A stretch of DNA of 64,000 nt from assembly GCF_009914755.1 (NCBI RefSeq), contig NC_060940.1; one strand, 5' to 3'. Position numbers and translations under genes: made by a program. Origin of the DNA: the human T2T-CHM13v2.0 reference genome, Homo sapiens. Positions within the stretch are counted from its first letter, which is position 1. Every line of letters begins with the position of its first letter. The notes beneath the pieces were generated by a model that was not told the origin of the DNA, searched no databases, and saw only the letters and a program-made list of their open reading frames with translations. Below are positions 33,366 to 49,320 of this stretch, one piece after another.

Positions 33366-34947
33366 ACTTCAGACATTTGTTGTAGGTGTTCTAAGTTATA
33401 TTAATCTTCACACTATTCACTTGAAAAACGGAGTGGCATAAATGCCCTTTTAAATCACTTTGCTTCAAGACCATCTGATCTCAGCCTACGTTGTTGTTAA
33501 AGGCGTTCAGGCTTGCAGATCTCAAAAGAGAGATTTTTTAGTAATTTTCAAATTCCCCTGGTGAGTAGGAAGAGCCCTGAGGCTCTCTGTGCCATATAAC
33601 TTGTGCCCTCAGTCAAGTCATTAACTGGCTCTGAGCCTCCAAATTTCCATCTGAAACAATGGAAATACTTACCTTAACAAACATTTGGAAGGAAATTGCT
33701 TTATGCATCAAGCCATCATTGCGATTTATCCTCCAGGGTTCACACTATTAACATTTCACATCTAAATTATTTTGATTATTCATGCAGTTTTTTAAAAACA
33801 TTTTAAGGGCCACCTAATTTAACTTCAGGTTTTATATGAAATAGATAAAATTAAGTGCCCTGGAAAGGTGAAGAGTGTGGAATTGGGAGCCCCGCCTCTG
33901 GGTCTCAATCTTGACTCCCATGCGAGCTAAGGCATTGCTATAAAAACCTTAAAGATCTGGGAACAGAACGTGAACCATGCCACTGATTAAGCGAATCTAT
34001 TTCTTCCGTTATTCTGAGCCCATGCATTCAACCAATGGCTAGTACAGTGCCTGGCACATAAGATAATCTAAATTCAACAAGTTATTCAGTTTTACTATAT
34101 GTGCTGCTGAAGCAAGCACACCACATGTTATTTAAACAGTATTAACACAAAAAGATAAGTGATATACTCCTATAGTGTTTCAGATAATCCTTCACTGTAT
34201 TCACTAAATGACTGCTGTCTGCCTTAAGCATATTAATCCAACTCTGTCAAACACAGCACATGTCAAGCTCACAAATCATCTTTGTTCCTGGGTTTAACAA
34301 GCTGACTTACCTGATAATATCCAGTGATATCCTTATAGGAGCTAATTAGAGAAATGCTGTAGAAAATGATTTAACAAAATTAGTATAAAGTGACTTTCAC
34401 TTAGTGTACCCATGTTGGTTTATATTGATCTCCACTATTAATTGCATAGTCTTACTGTTTAAAAATGCTCTCTAATTATTAAGGACCTTAGCTTGATTTG
34501 CTTCTGATTATACCTCCTCCAGCCTACTTTCCTGATCTAGATTAACTTTTTTTGTTATTAAATTTCTGACTTGCAAAACAAATTACACATGAATATAATA
34601 GGTCTAAAGACCAGCAATAGTGCCCATTACAGAACAGATAATTATAACTCTGATGCTCAAAAGACCTATTTAGAAAGTAGGAAGAAACCACTATCACATA
34701 ACATTGCTTAAACACTGGGAAAAGCACAGTGAGATTTGTCTTTTTTTCTGGATTTTTTAAATCAGTGTGACTCTGGCATAAGTATAATGAGACCTATAGG
34801 TGGAAGAAAGTAAAAACATAAGGAAGAGGTATAAAGACCAATTTTTTTTCCAGGTAGGCTCACACAGTTGCAAGTTATAAAGTTAGAAAAACAACTTTGG
34901 TTTAACTGACATATATTGATTTTTAAAAATACAAAAAAAGAAAAACA

Positions 34948-36472
34948 GAAGGTAGCCAAGATGGCTGACTACAGGCAACTGGTACCTCCTCCAAAAGAGA
35001 GAACAGAAGTAGTGAATAAATAATTACCATTCGAACTGATCACCTAAGAGAGAATGCTGTAATTTAACAGAGAAGTGATAGGAAACACCTAAGACAAGGA
35101 AGGAAGCCAGGCTGACTGCTCAAGGAGCTGAAATTGGCTGGGAACCTTGAGAGACTCCCTAACGTGGGGTAAGGATAAGTGAATGACCCTCAGCAGTTTA
35201 CATTCCCACTGTAAACTCTTGAAATCCTAGCCACTGGCGAATGTGTTGGCCAACATGGGCCCTGAGATGAGCATAGGCAGCTGCCTGGGGACCACATGAT
35301 GGCACTGCTGCAGAGAGGAAACACAATGGGTCCCCCTACCCCATCATAAGCAGCTATAGTAAGATGTCATTTTGAGATCCCAGTTGGCCACCCGATTATA
35401 TCTTGCCCTGGAGCCTAACAACCCTTGCATATCCACATCCCTGGAGCTCAGTGACCTTATTCACCCCCAACTAGGTGCCTTTGCTGGCTGCTGCCACCAG
35501 GGTCAAAGCATGAGACATTGGCAGTTACCCACCCCACTGCCCCCAGTAACAGGACTGCCACACATATATAAGAGCCCTGAGGAAATGCTCCCCCACTTGC
35601 AATCACCACCTGGGACTAAAGCACATGCTCTTCAACTGCCTGTATATGGTTTCTGTCACTGAAAATATTCCTGTCCTCCCCGCAGCAGTGCCGTGGGGCA
35701 ACCATTTCTGCTTCCACTGGAGCATTCTTGGGGATTTACCTTCCTCTGCCTACCACAGCCAACACCTGCATGCAACAACAGGAGGTCCAGCTCCATACAT
35801 GCTTCAGTGCCTAGGTATGCGATCCCAGGGTTAGGGGATTGCCTTGAACTATTCACCACAATTGGCACTTGAGCACTTATTCAGGAGCCTAAATACCAAC
35901 TCATCCAACCTGCAGCTCCCAAGACGCTGGTACTCACCTGTATGTACTACCTGCAGATCTGGGGATGAGCCTGTTCAGTCCATTGCAAACACCATCAACA
36001 CCAGTGTAGACTGCTTGGGAGCCAGGTGATTGTTCAATCACTGTTACTGTGATCACCCACTCCACACCAGCTGCCAAGTCATCTGAGGAGTCAGCAACTC
36101 ACCAAACCTACTGCTGCCACTGCTGGCACAAGCAAGATGCCTGGAGGCCCAAGAATTGGCCCACCTGGACCCACTAACACTGATGCCAGCATATACTGCA
36201 TGGGACACAAAGACAGGCATGCTCAGCCCACTTCTGCTACCACTGGAGCCTAAGGACTGTCTCAACTGAAATCCCTGTCCCCAGCAAAATTTTACTGCAG
36301 CCTCCACTAAAAACTCCACCCTAAGCTGCAGAGGAAACCACAGACATCACTGATGCTGTTTACAGCAGAAGAAATCAGACAGAGACTACACTACTGCACA
36401 CACCTAGAATCAAAGCCAAAGTGCCCTATCCAACCAACAACAGAGCTACATCTTCAGAAAAAAAGTCTTTCT
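34948..36472 (+). mobile_element. Old L1 (L1MA/L1M) 5'UTR
   Basis: Begins 'ccaagatggctgacta' (YY1 box of L1 5' ends); GC-richer; ends 'atcaaagccaaagtgccctatccaaccaac..aaaagtctttc'. Confidence 0.75.
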
Positions 36473-37071
36473 CTATCCTTCATTTTTGAAGGACAGATTT
36501 GTCAGGTGTTAGTATTCTTGGTTGATAGTTTCTTTTTATTCCTATACTTTGAATATGTCATCCCTCTCTCTTCTGTCGTGCAAGGTTTCTGCTGAGAAGT
36601 AAGCTGAGAGTTTTGTAGGGGCTCTGTTGTACATGACAAGTTGTTTCTTTTCTCTTTTTGTCTTTGTATTTGACAATTTGATTATAATGTTTCTCAGTGT
36701 AGATTTATTTGTCTTCATCCCATTTAGGGTCTCTCATGCTTCATGAATCTGGATGTCCATTTTCCTTCCAGATTTCAGAAGTTTTCAGTCATCATTTAAA
36801 AATGTTTTCTACATCTTTGTCTATCCTTTCCTTTTGAAACATCCATAATGCATATTTCTTTTAATATGGTGGTATCTCATAATCACTTAGGTTTCTTTTA
36901 CTTTTTAAATTTTTTTTTATTTTTGCATCTCTAACTGGATAATTTTAAATGGCCTTTCTTTGACTTCACTAATTGTTTCTTCTTGATCATGTGTACTTTT
37001 GAAATCCTCTAGCAAATTTTAGAGTTCAGTTATTGCATTCTTTAGCTCCAGAATTTCTGTTTGGCTCTTAA

Positions 37072-37250
37072 AACATATATATTATATATGATACACAAAT
37101 ATATCATATATAACATTATATAATATATAATATACATAATATAATATATAAAATACACTTACTATACGTATATTTTATATAATATACATACTATACATAT
37201 GTATTATATATGTGTATTTGTGTGCATGTTTATATATGTATATATATGTA
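37072..37250. repeat. (TA)-rich low-complexity tract (FLAM tail extension)
   Basis: Inside TSD tggctctt flanking the FLAM. Confidence 0.85.
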
Positions 37251-37251
37251 C

Positions 37252-37381
37252 TTTTTTTTTTTTGGTACAGAGGCCTCACTGTGTTTCCCTGGCTGGTCGC
37301 AAAATTCTGGCCTTAACAAATCCTCTGGCCTTGACTTCCCAAAAATGCTGGGATTACAGGCATGAGAAACAATTCCCAGCC
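37252..37381 (-). mobile_element. FLAM monomer
   Basis: 'tttggtacagaggcctcactgtgtt..tgctgggattacaggcatgag'. Confidence 0.8.
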
Positions 37382-39122
37382 TGGCTCTTTATCTGTAGTT
37401 TCTATATCTTTGCTGATATTCTCATTTTGTTCATGAATAGTGTTCCTAATTTGGTTTAGTTGTCTAATTGAGTTCTCTTGTGATTCATCAGGTTTAAGTC
37501 TTTTTGTCAGTTGAATTATAGATTTCCCTTTCTTTAGGGTCAGATATTGGAAATTCACTTTGTTCTTTTGATTTAGTCATGTCTCCCTGATTCTTTGTGT
37601 TTCTGCAGCTTCATGTCGGTATCTGTGCATTTTTTTCTTAAAAAAATTTTCTGTCAATCTTTACTAACTGACTTTGCCCAGAAAAGACCTTCACCAATCA
37701 ATCTAGAAATTTTCAGAGCCTCTCATCTCTTTTCTATGGTGTGTCTTGCCTGAACTTGTCTGTGTAGATTCCTAGTTAGAAATATTTATTGATTTTTTTC
37801 TTTCTTTTTTTTTTTTCCAGAAGCCCATAATCTCTTGCTCCCTATTGGTCTATTGCACTGCAGAGCACCTTTCCCCCGCCACCCCTTCCAGGAAAAAGCC
37901 TTGAGTTGTGCACCTTCTCCCGATCTCATCAAGTCATGCAGGCCTGAACAAGCCACCTGTCTCTCTTCTTTGTTGTTAGCTATCCCCAGGAATTGGAACT
38001 TGGCAGCTCCATCAGTGCTCCACGTGAGTCAAGACAGAATCTGGTGCACCAAAAAGCTGCAGATGTTGCACACATGCTCTAAACTCTTTTTCCCCTGGGA
38101 GAGAATTCATGGGTCAAGGTGATCTTGCTCAGCTCTCAGTTTTGCCAGCTTGGGGAATGAGCTGAAGCAGGTAAAGTGAAATTATTATTCTTATTCATAT
38201 CAATGCTGCTGTTTTCAGTTTTATACCCATATGGGATGTTGAAACTTTTTAACTGGATTATGGATATTTCATAAAGGCAAGTTGGTACACATATAATTAT
38301 TTAAAAAAAGTTTCTGTGAGAGAATGAGGACTAGATCATCTCGCTGATGTCCCCCTCAATTTACTAGTGTTTTAAAGAGGGTTTCTGCCTCCATGGAAAT
38401 GTCATTCTAATACAAAGTAGCAGACTATAAACAAATTATTAGTTTTACAGTTTAATAACCATGCTATTTATGCAAGTTACTTATTATATTTGAGTCTTAA
38501 TTTCCTTAACAATAAAATAAAAATATATGCATTTATAATGTTTGTTGATAGGTCTGCGTACATCAAGTGTCTGGAACAATTAATTGAATAGCCAGTATTT
38601 CCTTTTCTTGATCTCATTTTAAATGCTATGTTCAAAGACTCAGATATCACTTTGTCCTTTGCCTGATTAGATATAGATACAGATGATACAGATTAGATAT
38701 AGATCTAGATATAGATATGTATTGGTCCAAAAGTATAGTGTAAGATTCATGGCACAATCATTTTACATCTACAAAAATGAAATGAGAAGGATTAATCATT
38801 TAATTAATCTTCATCTAAAGGGACAATGTTTAGCTTGCATAATGGGTTACTGATTCAGTGACCCTCTCAGCATATAGGATCTCTCTCCTACTGTCCAAAG
38901 CATCTTATAGGCAAATAAACCACTTTAGATTCCAAGCTGAACATTTCCCAATCTATGTGTCGTTTGCCATTTGTGTACTCTAAATCTCGGTCACTCTATT
39001 TTTCAGTAGCCTATTGGAAATCCTTCATATTACTCATCAATCTTTCAGTTCTTTTAGTAAATGATCACTGAATCAAGATATAGTTCCTCAATCAAGAGAA
39101 ACGGTAAGAAAAGCACTGTTCT

Positions 39123-39410
39123 CCTCCCTGTGCCCATGTGTTCTCATTGTTCAACTCCCACCTATGAGGGAGAACATGCAGTGTTTGGTTTTCTGTTCCT
39201 GTTTTAGTTTGCTGAGAATGATGGCTTCCAACTTCATTCATGTCCTTGGGGCAAGGGACAGGAGAGCATTAGGACAAACACCTAATGTATGTGTGGCTTA
39301 AAACCTAGATGACGGGTTGATAGGTGCTGCAAACTACCATGGCATATGTATACCTATGTAACCAACCTGTACGTTCTTCTGCACCTGTCCCAGAACTTAA
39401 AATTTAAAAA
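39123..39410 (+). mobile_element. Short 5'-inverted L1PA (PA8-like)
   Basis: Antisense segment 39123-39247, sense 39248-39410; 17-bp TSD aagaaaagcactgttct at 39106-22 and 39411-27. Confidence 0.93.
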
Positions 39411-40077
39411 AAGAAAAGCACTGTTCTTTCTAAATAAATTTCTAATAGGAGTCATTCAAAGATGAAATTTTGGAGTCAGAGTAACACACTCAAATTTGTG
39501 TATTTTAAGTTAAAAAGGCTCAGAATGCCAAAACTTAGAACATGACAATAGTTTTAACATTAAACACAAGCATAATATGCAACATCCCTTTATATATATC
39601 AATCTAAAGTGTTACCGTTTGCATTATGATATCAATGTGGCTCATTGTGGATTTATTAAGTCTTTTAGTGGCAGATGGTGATATTACAGTTCATATACGA
39701 TCCAAACATTTGTAAAGGCAGGGAATACTTCTTCTGACAAGTTCAGCTTTCAAACCCATAGCAGAGATCCTGTTATGCTATAATATGTGCTCAATAAATA
39801 TCTGTTAGATTAATGAATCAGTAAATTACTGGTTCACAGCACTTCATTAATTAGCTAAATTTGATTGAAGTACTATGACAAAATTAACTCATTTAATCAT
39901 CAAAATTGTCCCATATGTTCTTATGCACACTACATAAATGAGACCAGTTTAATTGGAGAGGGCTAACCTTAACAAAATTGCGTATGCCCCAAAAGCATAC
40001 ACGTTGCATCAACCTTCAATTAAAACAGATGATATTCATTATACAATATTCTTGGAATGTTCCAAAGCTTACTATGT

Positions 40078-40660
40078 GTTCATTCATTCATACATACATA
40101 TTAATCTTTTGAATAAAAACAGCACGCCATGTTCCATTTTATAATTACTGGAACACACTGGTGGGTACAAATAGACATGATCTTTGTTTTCACTTAAGCT
40201 CACAATCTATTGGCAGACGCATACTTTAATCAAATAGTCACACATATAAATATAAAGTTATAACTCTAATTACTACATATGTGGCATGCATAGTTCTCTG
40301 AGATTTACAATAAGGAATTCTGGCATTATGTGAATGGTCAAGAATGGTTTGGTTTCCCTGTGAGAAGATAAACAAACTAATTTATTGAGAACAGAAGGCC
40401 AGTGCTTTCCAGGCAAAGGCAATATGAGTCCAAATACTTTCCCTGGAAGACGTGTGCTTGTGAATAGGCCCTGAAGGAATCTGCAACTAGAAAGCAGAGA
40501 GAGCATCAGTGTAGAGAGGTATGCAGAGGTTCGAATAGGCTGAGTTTTATAAGGGAAGTAAGTATTTTCAACATTATCTTTGGTGAAATGGCAAGTCATT
40601 AAAAGATTTTAAGCAAAGGAGTTACATGATCAGATTCCTGCTTTAAAAAGAAAACAATGG
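40078..40660 (-). mobile_element. L2 fragment
   Basis: 'ttcattcattca' terminus; 'attttaagcaaaggagttacatgatcagatt'. Confidence 0.7.
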
Positions 40661-41645
40661 CTGATAGTCTCCTCCCCGTCAGATATAAACCTACTTAGAT
40701 GTGGAAAGTAATTAATGGTTAGAACCACTCTTTTTAATGTAATTGTTTTTGCTCTCTTTTTTACCCATCAGAGAAGGAATTGAGAATTATCTTCATTGAT
40801 GCTTTAATCACTGGAGAACTGTTTCACTTGATCAATCCTTAGAGTTCATTCAATGTTATTTACTTTACAATAACAGGAAATCTCCCAAGTGTCATTCTTG
40901 TAGTCTGGGTATAAATTTCATAATTATTAACAAAAATGTTCAAATCCAGGGTCCATCTACCAAAACTGAAAGGTTGCTTTAAAAATGTTTAACAACTATA
41001 AAGTTATCAATGGAATTATTATTTAAATTACCTAATAGTAAAATTTAGGAATTAATTTCAAAAATGATGAAAGGAATGAGACTAGCAACATTTAGAAGAT
41101 AGTATAAAGAGAGCAATTGTGTGAAATAGCCATTGTCCCTGGACACACTTAATAATTACAAACACTTAAATGCATTATTGGTTCCAAAATGGCCCCATGC
41201 GGAGTACAGAAAAGAAAGGACATTCATTCTCCAGATAGTAGCCTGAATTGTTTTCCAGAAATAAGCTATGTGTATTAATTTATACAATACATTAAAGTTG
41301 AATCATGCATATAAAGCTATTATTTTAAAACATGAAAGCACTATTGTGTTTTTAAAACAAGTATAGGTGATTTCTTGGTCTTTGAGCTGATCCAACTGAA
41401 TCTACTCATTGAATTGGCTAAATAATGTCCAGCAATTTAAATCAGCTTCCTATATACCAGTAAAGAGAAATACTTTTTATATTGAGCACGTAAAGTGCAG
41501 TGTAAAGTCATTGTGTGTTGGTGTCAACCATGCTAGTTTCACATTTCAACTCTGCACTCTTAGGCAGAAGATGACAGAAGTTAAAGTGCTTTGCCTCACT
41601 TAAAAATGGGTATTTAGTTAAAACTATGCCATAGACTTACTTTGA

Positions 41646-43193
<1,548 letters not shown>

Positions 43194-44644
43194 GAAAATT
43201 AAATGGAACAGTTTACACAAAGAACCTAGACCATAAAAATCATTAATATTAATTATTAATATATTGAGCACATCCCAATACTCATGCAAGGTATTTTAGA
43301 ACTGTTAACCATATACAGTTTGATAAGATATTTTTCATCCCTTAACCCATGTTTTAACATAATTCATATTGTAAAAGTTTGTCTTGGTGAACTGATCTAT
43401 TTCCTTTATTTTATGACAAAAGCCTTGTGTACCACCTTGTGTTCCTTTTGGCTTTGCCAGCCAGTGGGTTCAAGGTAATAGCTTCTAAATCCAAGCCACC
43501 ATTCTTAACTGTTTTTTTTTTCTATTTTGTGAATTCTCCCTCCATCTTTGCTAATGACTAAGTTACGTAGATTATTCTCATTTTGGTTGTGTTTTTTTTA
43601 TCTATTTCCAGAAAGAATTTTATGTGGACTAAGACCATGTGTATAAATACAGAAACAAATATAAATGCAAACAGACATGAGAATAGAGTGCCTAATCCTC
43701 ATCTCTATCTCTAAATGCCTCCAAGGATGATCTACGTCAGCAGCCACAAAATTCACATAAATGGGCATATGACATCCTGACAGCTGTTGTCACTTCAGCT
43801 GGTCATCTCTTCTCCCAGGCTACTTTAACTTACAGATTGATTGACCATTTCTCCCTCTCTGGCTTTACCCATCATTTCTCACTCTCCTGTCCCCAAATCT
43901 GGTAACTTTGTAATCTGGTTTACCTCTTTGCATCTGACACTATGTGTTTCCACTTCTTTGGGTTGGGCCTTCTGTAATTTACTCGAGTTTACCTTACATA
44001 AGATTGAAGTGTACCTTACATAAGGTTGGGTTGCCCGGGGCAACCCATCAATTCTGAAGCCAAGTCCTGAAGGAACCCCCATCAAATTAAGAAGCTGGCT
44101 ATGCATGCTGCAAAGAGTAATACATCTTTTCATGCTTTTATCTGACTTTTAGTCAGAACAGACACACATCTTCATTGATCTTTAATAAAATGAGACCTTC
44201 AAAAAAAATGAAAAATTATTTTCCATTTCTACCAACCAGCAGTGTATTATTTTGTATTGTAAGCTCCATAATTTAGAATACTCAAATAATAGGAATCTAT
44301 TTCAATAACAAATTCATCCAGTTATTAGGAAAGACAAAAGGGATGCACTTTTTAAATAAAGATGTGACAGGATTAGAAACCAATAGAAATCATCAGAAAT
44401 TTGAAGAAAAAAATGTATTTTCTTCTCTCAGTTAGCAATTAGACAGCTGTATTTTGCATAAGCTAAAATTGATACCAGGAATACTGTGCTCAAGTTGCTT
44501 GAGCTAGAAATAGAATTGAATACAAGTTAGGGTGAAAAGATTCTCCCTGAATGCCCATAAGACCCTCTCACCCATATCTGGCCCATGTTTCTATATTCAT
44601 GGCTAAGTGAATTTTTTCCCTTTATTGTAAACTGCTTGTCTGGC

Positions 44645-44651
44645 TTTGTTT

Positions 44652-44707
<56 letters not shown>

Positions 44708-44872
44708 TTCTTTCTCTCTTTCTCTTTTTCTTTCTTTCTTTCCTTTCCTTTCTTTCTCTTTCCCTTCCTTCTTCCTTATCTTTTTCTTTCTTTCTTCCTT
44801 TTTTCCTCTTCTTTTTTGCTCTTTCTTTCTTCTTTTCTTCTTTCTTTTCTTCTTTGCTTTTACCTTTTCCTT
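44645..44872. repeat. (TTTC)n plus degenerate CT-rich tract
   Basis: Direct inspection. Confidence 0.95.
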
Positions 44873-46894
44873 AAATAAGACAAATTTTTAATTGACCAAA
44901 AAAAACCAATGTTAGTATTTAAAGCAGGAAAAATGAACAAGGAGATATATAAAGAGGTAGAGAAAGAGAACTACATGACTTGAATTCATGGATATTTCCT
45001 TAGACCTTTCCAGCTCTCTAACCATCTATCTAGTTTTTTACTTAAATCTATAAACAATATATCTATGCTTTCTAAATAAAATATGTAGGGACCAAGTTAA
45101 TCTAAATAATAGCCTTTAAATTACATTCTTCGCATTCTTTTAATACACTGAAGTAGTTTAGCTCATGTTTTACTAATCTCCCTGAAAAAAAGTGATCATA
45201 TCTCTTTGGAATCAATTAGTAAATAAAGGTATTTTTGTGGCAATTGGCGATACTATCTAGAACTAACATTTCATATTATGCCCTGATAAAAAGAAGGTAT
45301 CAAGATCAGCATTATTTAATTTATATGGTAAATTTTTAGACAAATAAAGAATGATAAGGAGTACTTACGTTGTTTGGCTTTCATTTCATGAGCTATTTTG
45401 GAAAAAAATGAATGCATGAGTAGAGAAATAATAGCACTTTCTGCCTTCTGAATTAGCTCATATTTTGGAGGAAGATAAGACTGTGATGAGCAGTTGGGGG
45501 TCTGTATCATGCATTAATGCAAAACCACTCTGAAATCTTGCAGAAAAATACACACAGTATGTTGTATGATGAAACTTCCATTAGCATTTTATTGTTCCAA
45601 TGATACAGCAATTACTCATGCATTCTCAAAGTCTTTTTAGTCACTCCATTTTGAGCAATGTCTTAATAATATATGTAATAGCATTTTACCTGTGGTAGTA
45701 ATATTATTGATCTTACACCATCAACGTTAGCAGCGTTTTTAAGACCCATTACCTGATTGTACAGTAGCCCTGCCTGGGAAAAACACATCACTTTTTCTGT
45801 TAAAGTTTGGCAGACAATAACACAAAAAAAGCAATTTTACCTGCTACAGTGTCTGTCTGCTTACTTGATAATGTCAATCAATAAGTGAATTCACTTTTCT
45901 ACAGTCTCTGGTAAACAAGATGTCTGCTCCATTTCAGATGCAAACAAAAAGAAAAGAGCCAAGATATGGGCTGGAGGGGTTGTCAAATAAAAATGTTTTG
46001 CATAATGTTTAAGGGGCATTTGGGGTAAGATTGGGGCGTAGGGTGTGCAGTGAAGATACTAAAAATAATATCCTCTAAAGAAAACATTGACTGAATTACC
46101 CATGGCAACAGCAGTATGGTAGCCTGGAAAAAAACTTAACAGAGATAAGAGGTTTATTTCTTTCTTAATAGAGTTATGATAGGAAGCCATTTGAATTGAA
46201 ATACATTTTAAAATATTCAGAGAGAAAATAAACCACCTTACCTGGATAACCAGATTTCTATCACTTCATCACCTATGTACTATGTATCTTATATCTGCCT
46301 AGTGAATATGGGGCATTAGAAAGACAGTATTTTCAAGAAACATCGGGATAATTTAGGGCAATTTTGTAAAAAGTGCAAAGAATTCTAAGGCACTTTAATA
46401 TAGCTATAGAGCCAAAGAGAAACATGAGTAGTAATCCTCACCAAACATGCACATTGGATCTGAGTATGAGTAGACAGAGTTAGGCTCATGACATGTGTCT
46501 GCTCGGATCCCAATCTAGAGTTTATATGGATGCATGGGGAAGTTGGGTTTTGATGAAACTATTTTAATACTGCATTTTTAAAAAAAGCAATACGTGTTTA
46601 CAAATCTTTCGCACCAATAGTTTGGGATGTCATAGAGTCAACATCTCCATCTTTTTCCTTGAAGACAGACACTTTCCTTTGATTTCTTCCTTGCACAGTT
46701 GTGTTCCACAAATTTGGTTTTTCTTTTTCTAAATTATTTAAGATATCTGAGGGTCCCCAAAAAGTAAACAAAAGACATGTTAAAAAAAATACAAAGGCAG
46801 GTTCGTAGGGTCACAAAATTATTTAACCAAATTTATTACAATGATAATTATATATGTTAACCACTTTTAGAGAATAATATGTGACAGGCACTAG

Positions 46895-47720
<826 letters not shown>

Positions 47721-48804
47721 CAGTTAAATCCTACCACACTCATAAGATTGCCCTGTGTTACAGTTGAAAAACATCTTGACTCAGAGTAGAAGAGTGACAG
47801 CCAAAATCAGCGAACTAGTAATTGGTAGTGATGGGCTCAATCACAGCTCTGTTCGATCTCATCACCACACATACACCCCCACAGCCCCATACAATATTTT
47901 TATTTAAAAGATTAAAATGGATTGGAGAAACTTCAATTGGACAGAAAGTATTCATTGGGTTTGAGAAAGTTTTGGAGTAAAGAACTTTACGGTTCATAAA
48001 CATTTTGAACAGTCTTGCAATTGATTTTCACAGCAACACAATTGTCAAGTTAGGAAAGGAGTTTTATTTCCATTTCTAGAGAAGAAACTTCAACTCAAAA
48101 AGGCCCGGGGGTTGGTTTCCAGTCATACGATCAATGCTAGAAGTTGCACTCAAATCCAGGCTGCCTAAGCTTCAGTCCAGTGCTTCTACCCTAACCACAA
48201 CCACACACCATACTACATTGTTCAACATGGCTTGTGCATCAAAAGAGGTAGCATTTTATACTCATTACGTTAATCTTATGTAGTTACTGCTGAGCAATAA
48301 ATAAATAAATAAATAAAATAGCACGCCTATCCCACTGGAGTTGTTTCAAACAGTTGTAAATTCTATTTTTATAATGTTTATGTGTTTTGATTTGTGGATA
48401 ATTTCTTGGCCTACAAAGAAAATATTAATACATTATTAACTGAACCCATAGTACAACTGGTGATGACCTTTTGAAAACCTGAGATAAGCTGATGAGAGCA
48501 GCTCCATGCAAAATAATAAAGGTCATTCAGATTTAATCATTTAATTTTCATAATGCAGATGTCAAATAAAACCTGCTTAATAAAGTGTGTATTTTGAAAA
48601 AGAGAAGATGACACCATGAATTATATCAGTTGAACTGCCACAATGCATTTTGGTAAATATTCTCTATATTATACAAAATCTGAGGATTATTTCCCCCAAC
48701 AAACAGGAGCTCAAATGAAGAAAATGGCAGTCAGGGCCTATGCTTCCATGTGTAAAAAGCTTCTGACCTAGCTGCACCCTAAGAATGCAAACAGCCCCAC
48801 TATG

Positions 48805-49320
48805 TTAAGTGAAATATTGCTGCGTAATAAACCATATTTAGTGATTTTAAATAATGATGCTTTATTGTTTCTTACAATTCTATAGGTTGGCTGGATTTAG
48901 CTGGGCAGTCCTTCACTAACTGACACTCTATTTGGGATGACTCATGTGGCTTCACTCAATGGTGAGCTCTGCTGGGCTGTGACATTAGAGATGGCTTTAC
49001 TTACTTGTCTAGGACATGGTTGCTGGTAGCCAGCTGGGGAGCCATGACTTTTTGTTTATGTGACTTCTGTTTCCACATGGCTTCTCATCATTCAGTAGAG
49101 AAACCTTAGTTTCTTTACATGGTGCCTGGGTTCCAAGACAGCAAAAACTCAGTTCTTATGACCTAATCCCAGACCTGGCACAATGTTACTTTGGTCACAT
49201 TCTATTGACCAAACAATTTCTGAGGCCAGACATAAACTCATCTCTTGAAGGGAGGAGAGCCATGCCCAGGTATGGATGGGGGGATTGTGGTTGGCCATCT
49301 TTGGAGACAATCTTCCATTC
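48805..49320. mobile_element. MLT1 (H/I-like) LTR
   Basis: 'tattgctgcgtaataaacca', 'ggatttagctgggcagt', 'tcacattctattgaccaaa', 'ggccatctttggagacaatct'. Confidence 0.7.

Larger units (their letters stand above)
36473..38350 (-). mobile_element. Old L1M ORF1 and 5' region, antisense
   Basis: 'ccttcatttttgaaggacag..gtattcttggttga..aaggtttctgctgagaa', 'tagctccagaatttctgtttgg' are antisense ORF1 motifs. Confidence 0.75.
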
